64,000 nt of DNA, taken from positions 186,001 to 250,000 of the forward strand of contig CP120464.1 of assembly GCA_034226945.1 (NCBI GenBank), given 5' to 3'. The notes under the pieces are model-generated. The model saw only the letters and a program-made list of their open reading frames with translations. It ran no database searches and was not told the origin of the DNA. A program made the position numbers and the translations under genes. Positions 1 through 10,399 of this stretch are shown piece after piece (within the stretch, counting starts at the first letter, position 1; each line of letters begins with the position of its first letter). The stretch is from Picochlorum sp. SENEW3. Lineage: Eukaryota.

Positions 1-228
1 AACGTTCGGTGAGGTCTTGAATACTCACATCCTGCACAAAACACCCATCTAAGCCCATATAAACACATATATGCTACTTAGTACCACATTTAATGCGCAC
101 ATGCTGGCGTAGAGAAAGCTGCTGCTCGCCAAGGCGATCCAACAACCGATCCACCCGGTGACGTTCTTCTTCCTTCACAGAATTCATATATGGCGTCGAT
201 TGTCGTGTAAATATCTATAAAATTACAA

Positions 229-2322
229 TTACACAACATAATTCATCTTCATCTGGGATTCTAAATGAATCCTGGCGTATTCCACTGCTTCTCCCATGGA
301 GACCTGGACCCCTCCAGGACCAAGTTCAGTAATCAAATCTCCTCTCATAAGCATAATCAGCATGGTTTTTGATGGGTTGGCTAGTATCAGATGGATGTCA
401 TCCGACTTAAGTTCTCTCACTAGATCTTGGAACATGTGGAGGCCAGCGACGTCAATGTCTGGCGATGGGGACAGGTCAATAATGACATAGCGAACCTTGT
501 CTCCAACTATTTCATGGGCTGCCTTGCTTCTTCGTAGCTTGTCGAATAAAAAGTCCTTGATTCCTTCAATATTTGCGAAATATATTGGTGCATCGATACG
601 GAAAAGGATCATTCCTGGTGGTTCTTCTGCGTCTGGGTACATATTCACGTTTCTATAAATGCTTGTGTTTGGCAGTTTTCCAAGAGAGGTGATTCTTGGG
701 AATGCCGTCTTGTAGATGACGAGGACAAGAGAGACGCCGACGCCAACTAAAATTCCTACTTCAACACCCAAGAATAATGTGAAGAGGAATGTAAAAACCC
801 AGACGAGCCAGTCGAGTTTTGACACCTGCCACAGCTCCAAAAAGTCCTCATACTGCAACAGACCCATGACACCGACAATAATGATGGCGCCTTGCACATT
901 CTTACTCATATTGGTGAAGACTGGGGTCAACGCGACCAGGACAATTAAGACAAGGATACCAGTGATGAAGTTGGACAGAGGCGTCTTGGCTCCTACTGAA
1001 TCATTGACGGCAGATCTTGAAAAGGACCCAGTGGTGGTGTAGCAATTGAATGCTGCTCCAAAGAGATTGGCGATACCCAAGCCTCGTAATTCTTGCGTCG
1101 CATCCAGCCTATCTTTATTTTTCTGGGCTAATGCTTTCGCGATAGACATACTCTCAGTTATATCGATGAGGCAGATGATAATGGAGAGCAGAATTTGTCG
1201 CCCCACATCAAACAAGGGAAACCACCATCCAACAGTCACAGCTGGAAGGCCTCTCGGAATCTCTCCAATGTTCGCAATGACAGGAGCCCCATCTGGTGTA
1301 TACCATTTAAAAATATTCATCAGCGCGATTGAGACGATGCATACCGTCAATGGTCCGAGTGCTCGCAGGAATCCTAATGACTTGACCCTGCGGGACAAGA
1401 CTCTAAAGATGAGCAGAATCAGCACATACGACATGCCCATACTAAATTCTTGCCAACTAAATTGATCAAGTCCATGGAATATTTCTTTTAGATTTTCTTG
1501 AAACGTGTCTGCGCGTGGAATACTCAGTCCCAGCATGTACTTGACCTGGGATAGAGCAATAAGAATGGCAGCACCGCTCATAAATCCAGAAATTGTTGCA
1601 TGCGACAAAAAGTACGTCAACCACCCGAGAGCTAGCAACCCAATCGCCGTGTATAATACACCAGCTAAAAATGCTACTTGAATCGCAGCACGCGAGAAAT
1701 CATCGCATGTGGCACCCCCATCAAATGTGTCTGTTCCATTGGATGTCCCAGCCGCGGTGGCATTGAAATCCTCCGTGCCCGTGTCGGTATAGCAGGGACT
1801 GGAAATCCCAAACAACGATTCCAGTCCATTTCCGAGAAGAATTGACGTCACCGCAACAGGACCGACAGACAGTTGTTTCGAATTCCCAAGCAATGAGTAA
1901 ATGAGGCAGGGGACAAATGCTCCATACAACCCATAGACCTGTGGCAACCCTGCCAAATTCGCATAACTCATTCCCTGAGGAATCACCATGGCACCAACAG
2001 ACAACCCAGAAAGTATATCCCACAACAGCCATGTCCTCCATTTGTATGTCTTCAACCAACGAAAGCATGGAATGAAAAATGCCAGCCAATCATACCAAGA
2101 ATATCCTTTTACTTCCTCCTTGTATGCATCCCGCTGACCCTTCACCAGTGCAGTCGCCTGATCAAAAAGAGAATGGTCTTCCATCATGTGAACTGGGACC
2201 TTGCTCTTGAACGTATGGATGGATCGCTGCGTCGCCACTGACGCGTGTGCTGCGAAAGACGAACTGACACCGACACCATCCCCTTCCGGCGGATCATCCT
2301 CAGACCCACTACGATCCTTCAT
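229..2322 (-). CDS. SulP/SLC26 sulfate transporter with C-terminal STAS domain
   Basis: 697-aa ORF with SulP signatures (IPQGMSYANLAGLPQVYGLY, GSFSRSAVN), many TM segments and a STAS domain (RIDAPIYFAN...IIDLSPSPDIDVAG). Confidence 0.95.
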   Translation of the reverse strand: MKDRSGSEDDPPEGDGVGVSSSFAAHASVATQRSIHTFKSKVPVHMMEDHSLFDQATALVKGQRDAYKEEVKGYSWYDWLAFFIPCFRWLKTYKWRTWLLWDILSGLSVGAMVIPQGMSYANLAGLPQVYGLYGAFVPCLIYSLLGNSKQLSVGPVAVTSILLGNGLESLFGISSPCYTDTGTEDFNATAAGTSNGTDTFDGGATCDDFSRAAIQVAFLAGVLYTAIGLLALGWLTYFLSHATISGFMSGAAILIALSQVKYMLGLSIPRADTFQENLKEIFHGLDQFSWQEFSMGMSYVLILLIFRVLSRRVKSLGFLRALGPLTVCIVSIALMNIFKWYTPDGAPVIANIGEIPRGLPAVTVGWWFPLFDVGRQILLSIIICLIDITESMSIAKALAQKNKDRLDATQELRGLGIANLFGAAFNCYTTTGSFSRSAVNDSVGAKTPLSNFITGILVLIVLVALTPVFTNMSKNVQGAIIIVGVMGLLQYEDFLELWQVSKLDWLVWVFTFLFTLFLGVEVGILVGVGVSLVLVIYKTAFPRITSLGKLPNTSIYRNVNMYPDAEEPPGMILFRIDAPIYFANIEGIKDFLFDKLRRSKAAHEIVGDKVRYVIIDLSPSPDIDVAGLHMFQDLVRELKSDDIHLILANPSKTMLIMLMRGDLITELGPGGVQVSMGEAVEYARIHLESQMKMNYVV

Positions 2323-2560
2323 ATTTTTATATCTATATCACTTCTATATACTAAAATATATCACAAGAGCGACTTGTAAGCTGGCCAGAGGAATGCGCTG
2401 GTGCATCGATTGACCAGGCTGCGTCGTAGTAGAAAATGTCTATACCGAATAGTCGCTACAAAAGACCTCAATTCCAAAGTACAACTATCTGTATCTCAAA
2501 ATACTATTACAATGACGATACTTCATGGTATCCGCGGCATTTTCATGGTACTTTTCTGTA

Positions 2561-3151
2561 TCAGTGATGGTATGGCTCCTTCTTCAGGATTGTCCATGCT
2601 CTGTACAGCTGTTCCATCAAGACAATGTGGGCTACTGAATGGTTCAAGACACACCGACTCAGACGAATTGTATCCTGTGATGATTGGCGTACTTCTTGGG
2701 AATGCCCAAAGGGGCCGCCGATGAGGAACACAAGGTTCTTCACGCCATTTGAACTGGCATCTGCCAAAAGCCTGGCCATGTCCATACTCGTGACGTCCCT
2801 TCCACGCTCATCCAAGCAAACCACGTGGTCTGTGGTCGGTGTTATATGCTTGAGTACACGCGAGCCCTCATTCTTCACCGCCACCGCAGTATCCTTGGCA
2901 TTGAGAGGATTATTCTTCACGTTGATGGACTCCACAGCAGTATACCTGGAGAGCTTGGCCGACCATTCTGATGCACACGCCTGTCCAGCAGACTTTGATT
3001 TAGAAGACACGGTAATCACTTTAATTGGTACTGGTCGGACCGCAGAATGCTCAAACGAGGCAGTGCAGTGCTGCATGTTGTGAGGAGACCTTCTTCTTCT
3101 TCTTACACACAGGTGGGAATACAATGTAATCTGCTGTCTGAGCCATATCAT
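2561..3151 (-). CDS. rlmH: RlmH-like SPOUT rRNA methyltransferase, probably organelle-targeted
   Basis: Motifs VCLDERG, FLIGGPFG, LNHSVAHIVLMEQLYRAWTIL and C-terminal PYHH. The first in-frame ATG (MIWLRQQ) is at 3151. Confidence 0.9.
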   Translation of the reverse strand: MIWLRQQITLYSHLCVRRRRRSPHNMQHCTASFEHSAVRPVPIKVITVSSKSKSAGQACASEWSAKLSRYTAVESINVKNNPLNAKDTAVAVKNEGSRVLKHITPTTDHVVCLDERGRDVTSMDMARLLADASSNGVKNLVFLIGGPFGHSQEVRQSSQDTIRLSRCVLNHSVAHIVLMEQLYRAWTILKKEPYHH

Positions 3152-3311
3152 GTCTGTAATAATGTAATTCCTGGTGTGGATGATGGTGAACAGAGAGAGC
3201 CCCTCTCCTTGCTCTTCTAGTCGAAGAGTAATAATAATACTTGACACTCACTTTATTTTGTATTAATACGACAGACACATGTTTTGTAATTTTCGCGCAT
3301 TGGTACTGTAC

Positions 3312-3354
3312 CATCTGGGAAATCTGAAAATAAGAAATGGACGTCCGATGTAAT
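3312..3354 (+). repeat. Left terminal inverted repeat (43 bp)
   Basis: CATCTGGGAAATCTGAAAATAAGAAATGGACGTCCGATGTAAT is the exact reverse complement of 9308-9350. Confidence 0.97.
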
Positions 3355-3459
3355 ACACAATTCTTCTGTCGACACACTAATTTAAGATATAAGAATTTGA
3401 CGTTGATGTCCAAATGTACTACTATTTTTATACACGGATACTGGCGTTCCTGTGCACTG

Positions 3460-3514
3460 TTTGGACGTTATTTGGACGCTATATAGACGCTATTTGGACG
3501 CTATATGGACGCCT
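3460..3514 (+). repeat. Subterminal tandem array, 5 x 11 bp (consensus TWTGGACGCTA)
   Basis: Units tttggacgtta / tttggacgcta / tatagacgcta / tttggacgcta / tatggacgcct. The core TGGACG also occurs in the TIR. Confidence 0.9.
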
Positions 3515-4024
3515 CGATACACTACTGTACATTTACACTGAATATATAATATCTGTACTCATACATACATCTGGTATCCACAGAGAGGTGTGATGACGCA
3601 CACCAGAGTAGCATTATGTGGCCACATTATGTGGAAACCTGTAGACTCTCACTGATAATAAGAAGGAGACCTACAAACACGACACATTCTCATTGTCACT
3701 CACGACCTATTACCACTGGTGTGGTCGAGGAATGGGAACCTAAGATGTTCTTCTGGTGGCAATCTGATATACCTGCTCCGCAGATTCCTCAGGCTTTTGA
3801 GCATGGCCTTGTAATCTGCATCATTGATAACTTCCCCCACAAGTATGGCCTCAAACTACACAAACACACACGTGTATCATTAATGATGCTCGAAAATTAT
3901 GTGTTGAAATATCATGCAAACATCCCACAGCAAGGCACTCTGCTGATGAAACAATTGTGCTTTTGCACCATTGCCTCAGGCATAAGCTGTCAAAGTTCTT
4001 CTTGACAGCTCTCCTTCAAATCAG

Positions 4025-5333
4025 TCAGAGGGCACTCCCGAAGAAGAGCCACGTCGTGGTGAAACCCTCTTGTCGATTTGAAACGCAGAGACCGCCTGTG
4101 TGTTGACATGACATGGTCACCAATCTCAATATACATCGTACCTTGGCCATGCAGTATGCCAGGATTGGCAGAGGCATTGTTCTGATATGATAATCGGCTT
4201 TCTCTTCTTGAAAATCGAGAGATTGAAAATCACTGAATCCCAGGCCGCATGCCTCCAGATAGATACCTTGCAGATCTACCAGATATTTTCTGAAAAGTCT
4301 GTTCCCAAATGGATCGTCATTGCGGAATCTGTACTGGGGCTTATCCTTATCCAGACCTGCACGCAAACAACGTGATCATGAGTTTGAGTATATATTACCA
4401 TTGCTACGCAGAGTACCTTTGAGAAGCTCCTCCCTCGTATCTTCAGTGACTGCCAAACCCTTTCCGGCGAAACAGAAATACCATCCTTGTAGTCATCATG
4501 ACTGCCATACACCTTTAAAAATGCCTCTTCACATCTTTTGCTCAGAAAAGGTCGTATTCTTTGGCGTAACAAAGTTTGAATTTCCTGTTGCGTGGTCTTC
4601 TCCTCAAGAAGCTTAGCAATGCTTTCCTTCATGCGAGTTGAAGGGTAAATGCCATCTACATTATCTCCCAGTACCACATGCATGATTGCCTGCTTGATCG
4701 TCTTATTATCTGCTTCATTCTGCAGTCCAGTTGAACGGCCATTACGAGAATACTGTTGAAGAGAAACATTCAATGGCATACCTTTCTGAGCGGAACTTTG
4801 CTCTTTCCTTTTGCTTTGCCATTAACTACGACTTCCTTGATTTCACTGAGTATCCCTGATATATTTAAAAGAATATTCTTAATTTCATTCGTACCATTGA
4901 GTGCCCCAGGTACTCTTGTTTCATGGTTTGCAAAGTCTTCATGCAAGATATCACTGTATCCATCCTCTCTTGGAGGTTGGCTGGTTGGATCAGATAACTC
5001 GACATTCTCATCAGGATCTGATTCGTCCGAATCGTTGTCTCTGCGTTTAGATTGTTGCGAATCACTTGATGGTTTTCCTTTTTGGTCCACCTTGTAGTAC
5101 GGTTGAACAAGGAGGCGGTCATTCGAAGGCAACACTGTCTCATTCGTTGCATTTATATTGAGGATTTCATCAAAATAATTCACCCTCTTTATATGAGCAT
5201 CCTGTTGATTGCTCACTGCAGGTTTCTTGTTCTTGCTCCCGGGTGGGCGACCACGCCCGCGCTTTTTCGTTTCTTGTTGAGAAACTTGCGGAACCGCAGT
5301 CCCTTGGTCGTTTTTTGATGAACTGGTTATCAT
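4025..5333 (-). CDS. Transposon accessory gene with AT-hook (multi-exon; both ends uncertain, may extend to ~3650)
   Basis: AT-hook KKRGRGRPPGSKNKK and an acidic linker. An in-phase intron at 4781-4720 joins ...KVPLRK to NEADNK.... Further GT donors lie at 4416 and 4141. An apparent frameshift falls near 4490. Confidence 0.6.
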
Positions 5334-5716
5334 TATAGATGTGTTCGGTTCAGAACACGAAGGAACACCTAGGTACCGAGTTGCGATCAAAGAACAGGAC
5401 AGTTGAGAAGAAAACTGCTGCTTTGCCCACAGTGTTGACTTTTCGACACTGATTTGCGATTCTTCGCAAGTATTAAAAAGTATTGATGAAATTTATAACG
5501 ATAAATTTCAATGAAACACAGAATACTGCTCCGCGATGTTTTGAACGGTTCCGACATGGGCACCAAGAAGAACATTCGGTCCAGGCACCTCTCCAGCGGA
5601 CGGTGACACAATGAGAACATTGGACCTTCATGCAGGAGCGTTTGGGCGATAGAAATGGCTCAGGTGTAGCCCTGTGTGAGCGAGATGAAATTTGCATCAA
5701 TATATAATTTGAAATC

Positions 5717-8700
5717 ATGGATTCTGAACGGATTCAATGCCAGTACTGTGGGAAGTGGTTTAAGAGTCTTGGCACACAACACTACAAAGGTTGTGCTGGC
5801 ATATCGAATGAGGAACTGCGAGATCGAATAGTCCAAGCCAGCAAACAAGCAACAATTATGAGGAAAAGAATGTACAATCGGGATCGGGATGCAAGAAGAC
5901 TGTACGGGGGAAAAAAGCTCCGTGTGGGTCCAGTTCATGCACAGGGGGGAACATGAGGACAATGATAATCATTGCTACCATGAAGATCCCTGTGATCCTG
6001 ATGAGGTCAATGACATTTATGATTGTCAGAAAGAATCTGCTGAATGCGATGATTCTCTGGCCTGCAAGACTCGCCTGAACATGTTTGAGAGAGCACTGAT
6101 TGAGGCTGTACCTCGTCTGCCCAAAAAGGTGGGTGATAGTTTAATTAAAGCTTCCTGGGACATATTGGATGGAAATTTATCTTTTGGAAGAGGTATTGAA
6201 GACTTTAATGACTTTTTACGCACCGAATCTGGACGAGAAGACATGGTCCAGACATTGGGACTCACTGTCTGTGGGAATGATTGTGTCATATTTCACATCG
6301 CGGACGCCAAAGCATTGCTTCAGGAATGTCTTTTAAAAGTTAAAGATATCAAGACGCGCCCAGAAAGTGCAACGATTCCAGGCAGTGGAGCAAGAGTCTA
6401 TGGTGAAGTTGCATGGGGAGACTGGATGTTAGACACTTGGGTGAGTTCGATTCCTATGATATCACATGATTTTGCCGTCTCTAACGAAGTTTATTATTAC
6501 ATCCAGAATAAGCTTCAGGAAATACACCCTGGTTGCGAGCTTCTCCCCATAGCTTTCTATAGCGATAAAACCCTGTCAAGGAAGGGCCCAAAGACTCTGT
6601 ATCCAGTGAATCTATTCTTTCCATCAGCAGCTATTGAGGACAGGTTCACACAAAATGCATACAGATGTATTGGTCATATTCCTGAGCCACAGCCACAGGG
6701 GCATTTGCTGCCTAAAAAGGGCATGGTCATGAAGAATTTGAAGAAATGGCTGATGTACACGTCGTTACATCTAATACTCGAACCATTCAAAAATCTCAGT
6801 CACACTGGCGTCCGATTAGTCAATACCAAAGGAGAAACGAAAACATACTTTCCAATACCAGTATTTTATGCTGCAGACCTCTTGGAATATCAGACCATTT
6901 TCGGCATCAGTGCTGGTCCAAACGACATGGATTCATATCCTGATCCAAGCTATCTTGTTCGTAGAAGGCGCTTGGGCAAGTCTATCGATACCATGCCCAC
7001 CAGAAGGTCTGAGATCCTCTTTCAAAAACGTTTGGATGCATCTAGGAGATTTAAAGACCCAGAAAAGGCGAAAGAGATGCTGAAAGAGTTCTCCTACGAC
7101 CCTCTTCTTTTGTATACACCCGAGGCTGATACATTTGGAAAGCAAGGCAAATCTGTCGTGACCTACTACCTGGTATGTTGTCTAGATCACTTCTGAAGAA
7201 AAAGAAAAAATCAAAGCATTGACAAAATAAAAGAGTACCATGCAGGGACAAGGAGACGCATCCAAGGGCAGAATTCCTTCCTTGCCCCTTGCTGGTTTTC
7301 ATCTCACAAATTGCTTTGATCTTGTGGTACCTGACACGCTCCATACATTGCATTCTGGAGTAGGATCATATATTTGCAATTTCAATCTCAAATCAGCATC
7401 ACTACTGAAGACATGCATGGAGATGTCTGGGAAGCACCAGGCAAACCTTCTCAGTAAGATGAGTGCCAGCATTGACGAGTCATCCCCACTCAGGGAATAT
7501 AGCCTGCCCTCTGTCAAATTCGAGCTACCCACCGATAAAAATATCACCGTATCAAGCGAGCAAGCAGCTAATTTGTGTCGTTTGGCACTTGTTGCCTGCC
7601 TTGTGGATGATGCTCTTCGTCCGGTAGTGGATGTGCTACAAGGTACTGTGTGTGTTACTCTCTGTATTCTCATAAGCACCAAACTATTATTACTATTCCT
7701 AATGTGCAGTGTATTTAGAACTCGAAGCACGTATACTGTGTAAGCATCACACTGAGGACACATTGGCAAAAATGCATGCCACCATTGAGAAATTGAAGCA
7801 AGCGCTGGCAAAAGCATTCGAGCAAGTTTCCTCCACGCAGCACCTCAATACTTTGAAAACGTTTGCCCTCTATAAGTTCCATGATGAAGTCAAACGATCT
7901 GCATGTGCCAGTGTATGTGATACACACCATCACGAGAGAACACACAAAGACCTCAAGTCTGCAAGCGCGTGGACCAATAACAGAAATGGCCAATTCATGC
8001 AGCAAACCCTAGCAAAGGCAACTCAAATGGCCAGGGTAGCGGAACTAATCCAGTGTCACGAAGATGATAAACGGACGTACGAAACATCGGTGGGTTTATT
8101 GCTGTCCTGGTTGTTGCCTGTTTCTACACATTTTTCCAAGGTCAATCACCATTTTGGAATGCAGAGGACTCGAGCTCTCAGCACAAACAGGATTCAGATG
8201 GTTCCGAATTCGCGCATACTACATGGTACTATAGGTGACCTGCAAAATCTCGCCCCGTATCGAAAACTTCAAGCATGGTTACCTGATATGGAGAGACTCA
8301 TTTACTGCATCAACATCCTGTACCAGACCAAAATATCTTCCTCTAGGAACCTTCAAATCCCATCTGATACTCAGGTATGTGCCTTGCAATTTACTGCAAC
8401 ATAATGATGAGAGTGTCGAATTAAATACAACAAATGAAATTTGCAGATTGAGATATTTCAGAAAGCACACATACCATTCATACAGTATCCTGGCTGTGAA
8501 ACAAGCACCAGAGTGTTGCTTGGGAGAATACACACATTTCCTGAGACTCTACGCCTTGCCAAACAGCACCAAGACGATCCACAAAATTTCACTCGGAGCA
8601 TGCTCGAATCCAAAATACATAGGCTCAGTGATACGATGGGATCCTTTGTGACTGTGAAAGGCGATGGACACCAGCCATGGTATGCTGAGATCCTCTGCTT

Positions 8701-8977
8701 TGTGAGAATCACGCCTCCATCTACCAGTGGGAGACAGGATGCAGAGGTTGCATTCGTCAGGTGGTTTACAGAGGTCAAGAAAGCTACTTTACATCCTGTC
8801 CTTGGCCTGCCATATCTCAAAGTGGAGAAGACTGTGAGACAGAGTTCTGAAGGTAACAACCAAACAGAAGTCTTCACCGATCTATGCAGAGCTGTAGATA
8901 TACTCGAGCCAATTTACATGCAAAAAGACCCCAGCAACAACAGGAAATGGTTCATACACAACAGGTATGTCCGCTGA
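5717..8977 (+). CDS. Plavaka-type DDE transposase (spliced, ~968 aa if the 5' frameshift is corrected)
   Basis: Zn finger CQYC..H..C, then RVYGEVAWGDW, LLPIAFYSDKT, LYPVNL, FPIPVFYAADLLE, PDTLHTLHSGV, DTHHHERTHK and C-terminal AEILCFVRI..AFVRWF. Phase-compatible GT-AG introns: 6441-6506, 7173-7245, 7643-7709, 8090-8164, 8375-8446. A +1 frameshift lies at ~5905-5950. Confidence 0.88.
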
Positions 8978-9307
8978 ACTTGGGGCCAACTTGCTCCATA
9001 CCAGCGCAGTGGCTCGCCCCAGGGGTGCAAGTCACCTTGTACAATATGTAGAAAAGTAATCTGTAAAATAATATTTATAGTCCAAATATACTCCACTGTC
9101 CAAATCGGCTACATTTGGTGTACCTGGATTCGTGGACGCCTATCCCTACATGGACATTGCCGTTTGTGTCACCTGTCCGACGAATGGAAAAAACATGCCT
9201 CTATCTCGCTTTGGCCCCTTCGGACGGTGGATGGACAGATGTCATACAGGGTACTACGATAGACGTCCATGTCCACGTACACGAAATGTGTGTCCAAAGG
9301 ACACTGG

Positions 9308-9350
9308 ATTACATCGGACGTCCATTTCTTATTTTCAGATTTCCCAGATG
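9308..9350 (-). repeat. Right terminal inverted repeat (43 bp)
   Basis: ATTACATCGGACGTCCATTTCTTATTTTCAGATTTCCCAGATG, followed by the TAC target-site duplication. Confidence 0.97.
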
Positions 9351-9602
9351 TACCCTATGTTATTATTATTGAATATAAAATAATGTGTTTGATGTTCTCA
9401 TCGGGGCGTATTGTTTTTAGTGTATGCATGGGGTATTTCATGGTTCTGCCATGCATCATCACGTGCGAAAGGGGGTTGCTCCTTGAGGCTTGCGCAAGTT
9501 TCATGAAGGTTATACGCTTGGAACCCGACCAATTGAGGCATACGTTTACATCAAATCTTTTACCATAGGGAAAAGGATATTTGAGACAGAGGAGAGACAG
9601 TC

Positions 9603-10196
9603 TCATGCAAAGTCAAGGACGCCGAGATGTGGTGTCATTTTCCAGACAGGAGGCACACCAGCCGCTGGAGAGGTGTTTGATCTGAATGTCTTTACTAGTC
9701 CCGAGGTCTCCTTATACTCTATCTTGAATGATTTTGCTGTATCCGATATCCATGCGTTCGTAGGCAGCACGTCTACCTCGTCATCAGAGGAAGAGGAGCA
9801 GGGATCACTCTCTTCCTCTTCAGGCTCCACATCCAATTGCAATGCCTCCCTCACCCGAGCCACGTGACGACATTTATACGCTTTATCTGAATCGCATTGC
9901 AGACCTCTATCTCCTTGCATCCTGACGAATCAGCCGTCCACGTGGTAGCCAACTGTGGAGGAGGTATTTCTCTTGATGGTCACCACCTCATCCTCGTTTG
10001 AAAACACCATACTGCGCAGGTGCTCCGAGTTCACACGGGTATACAACGTGTGAACACATTCTTTGGGCTCCAAAAGATTGCGAAACACGGCACAAGAGCA
10101 CCGCAAATGGCCCGTGGGATCAATTCCAGATTCCACCTCAACGAGCAAGTTGTGGTGGACCCTCATACTGCCTCCAGGACCTGGAGTCCATGACAC
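9603..10196 (-). pseudogene. Decayed SWIM-type Zn-finger gene, probable transposase remnant
   Basis: Motif LRCSCAVFRNLLEPKECVH (CxC-x9-CxH). An in-frame TGA at 9932-9930 separates it from the same-frame ORF 9603-9920, which has C..KCRH and an acidic tract. Confidence 0.55.
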
Positions 10197-10399
10197 CGAG
10201 TACTGCAGTACCCGATGAAGGTTTGTGCAGAGTATCCAGTTGGGGTGAAAGAAAAAAGACCAATTAGTATCCCTTCTACGTTCGCGCAGGGCACCGTGAG
10301 CGTGTTTGTCAGCAGGCTGCAGAGTGAGAACAGAGATACCGGCGGTGTCGTATGGTAGTCTTCTACAACCAGGTTGCTGTCACGCGTCGATTGGTATAA

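Larger units (their letters stand above)
3312..9350. mobile_element. Complete TIR DNA transposon (Plavaka / CACTA-EnSpm-related), 6,039 bp
   Basis: Perfect 43-bp inverted repeats at 3312-3354 and 9308-9350. TAC is duplicated at 3309-3311 and 9351-9353. Encodes a Plavaka-like transposase and a second gene. Confidence 0.93.

Noticed and set aside
3309..3311. TA (2-bp) TSD, implying a Tc1/mariner element
   Set aside because: It would need an unmatched extra C at the left terminus. TAC/TAC fits the perfect TIR boundaries, and the protein is not mariner-like.
3460..3514. Possible CRISPR-like array
   Set aside because: The 11-bp units are contiguous with no spacers, the context is eukaryotic, and they are explained as transposon subterminal repeats.
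5908..5914. G_GGA_AAA slippery heptamer as a programmed -1 frameshift
   Set aside because: It is in phase, but the transposase body lies in the +1 frame, so a -1 slip does not reach it.
9930..9932. In-frame TGA read as selenocysteine or recoding
   Set aside because: No redox motif context or recognisable SECIS, and further frame breaks downstream favour decay.
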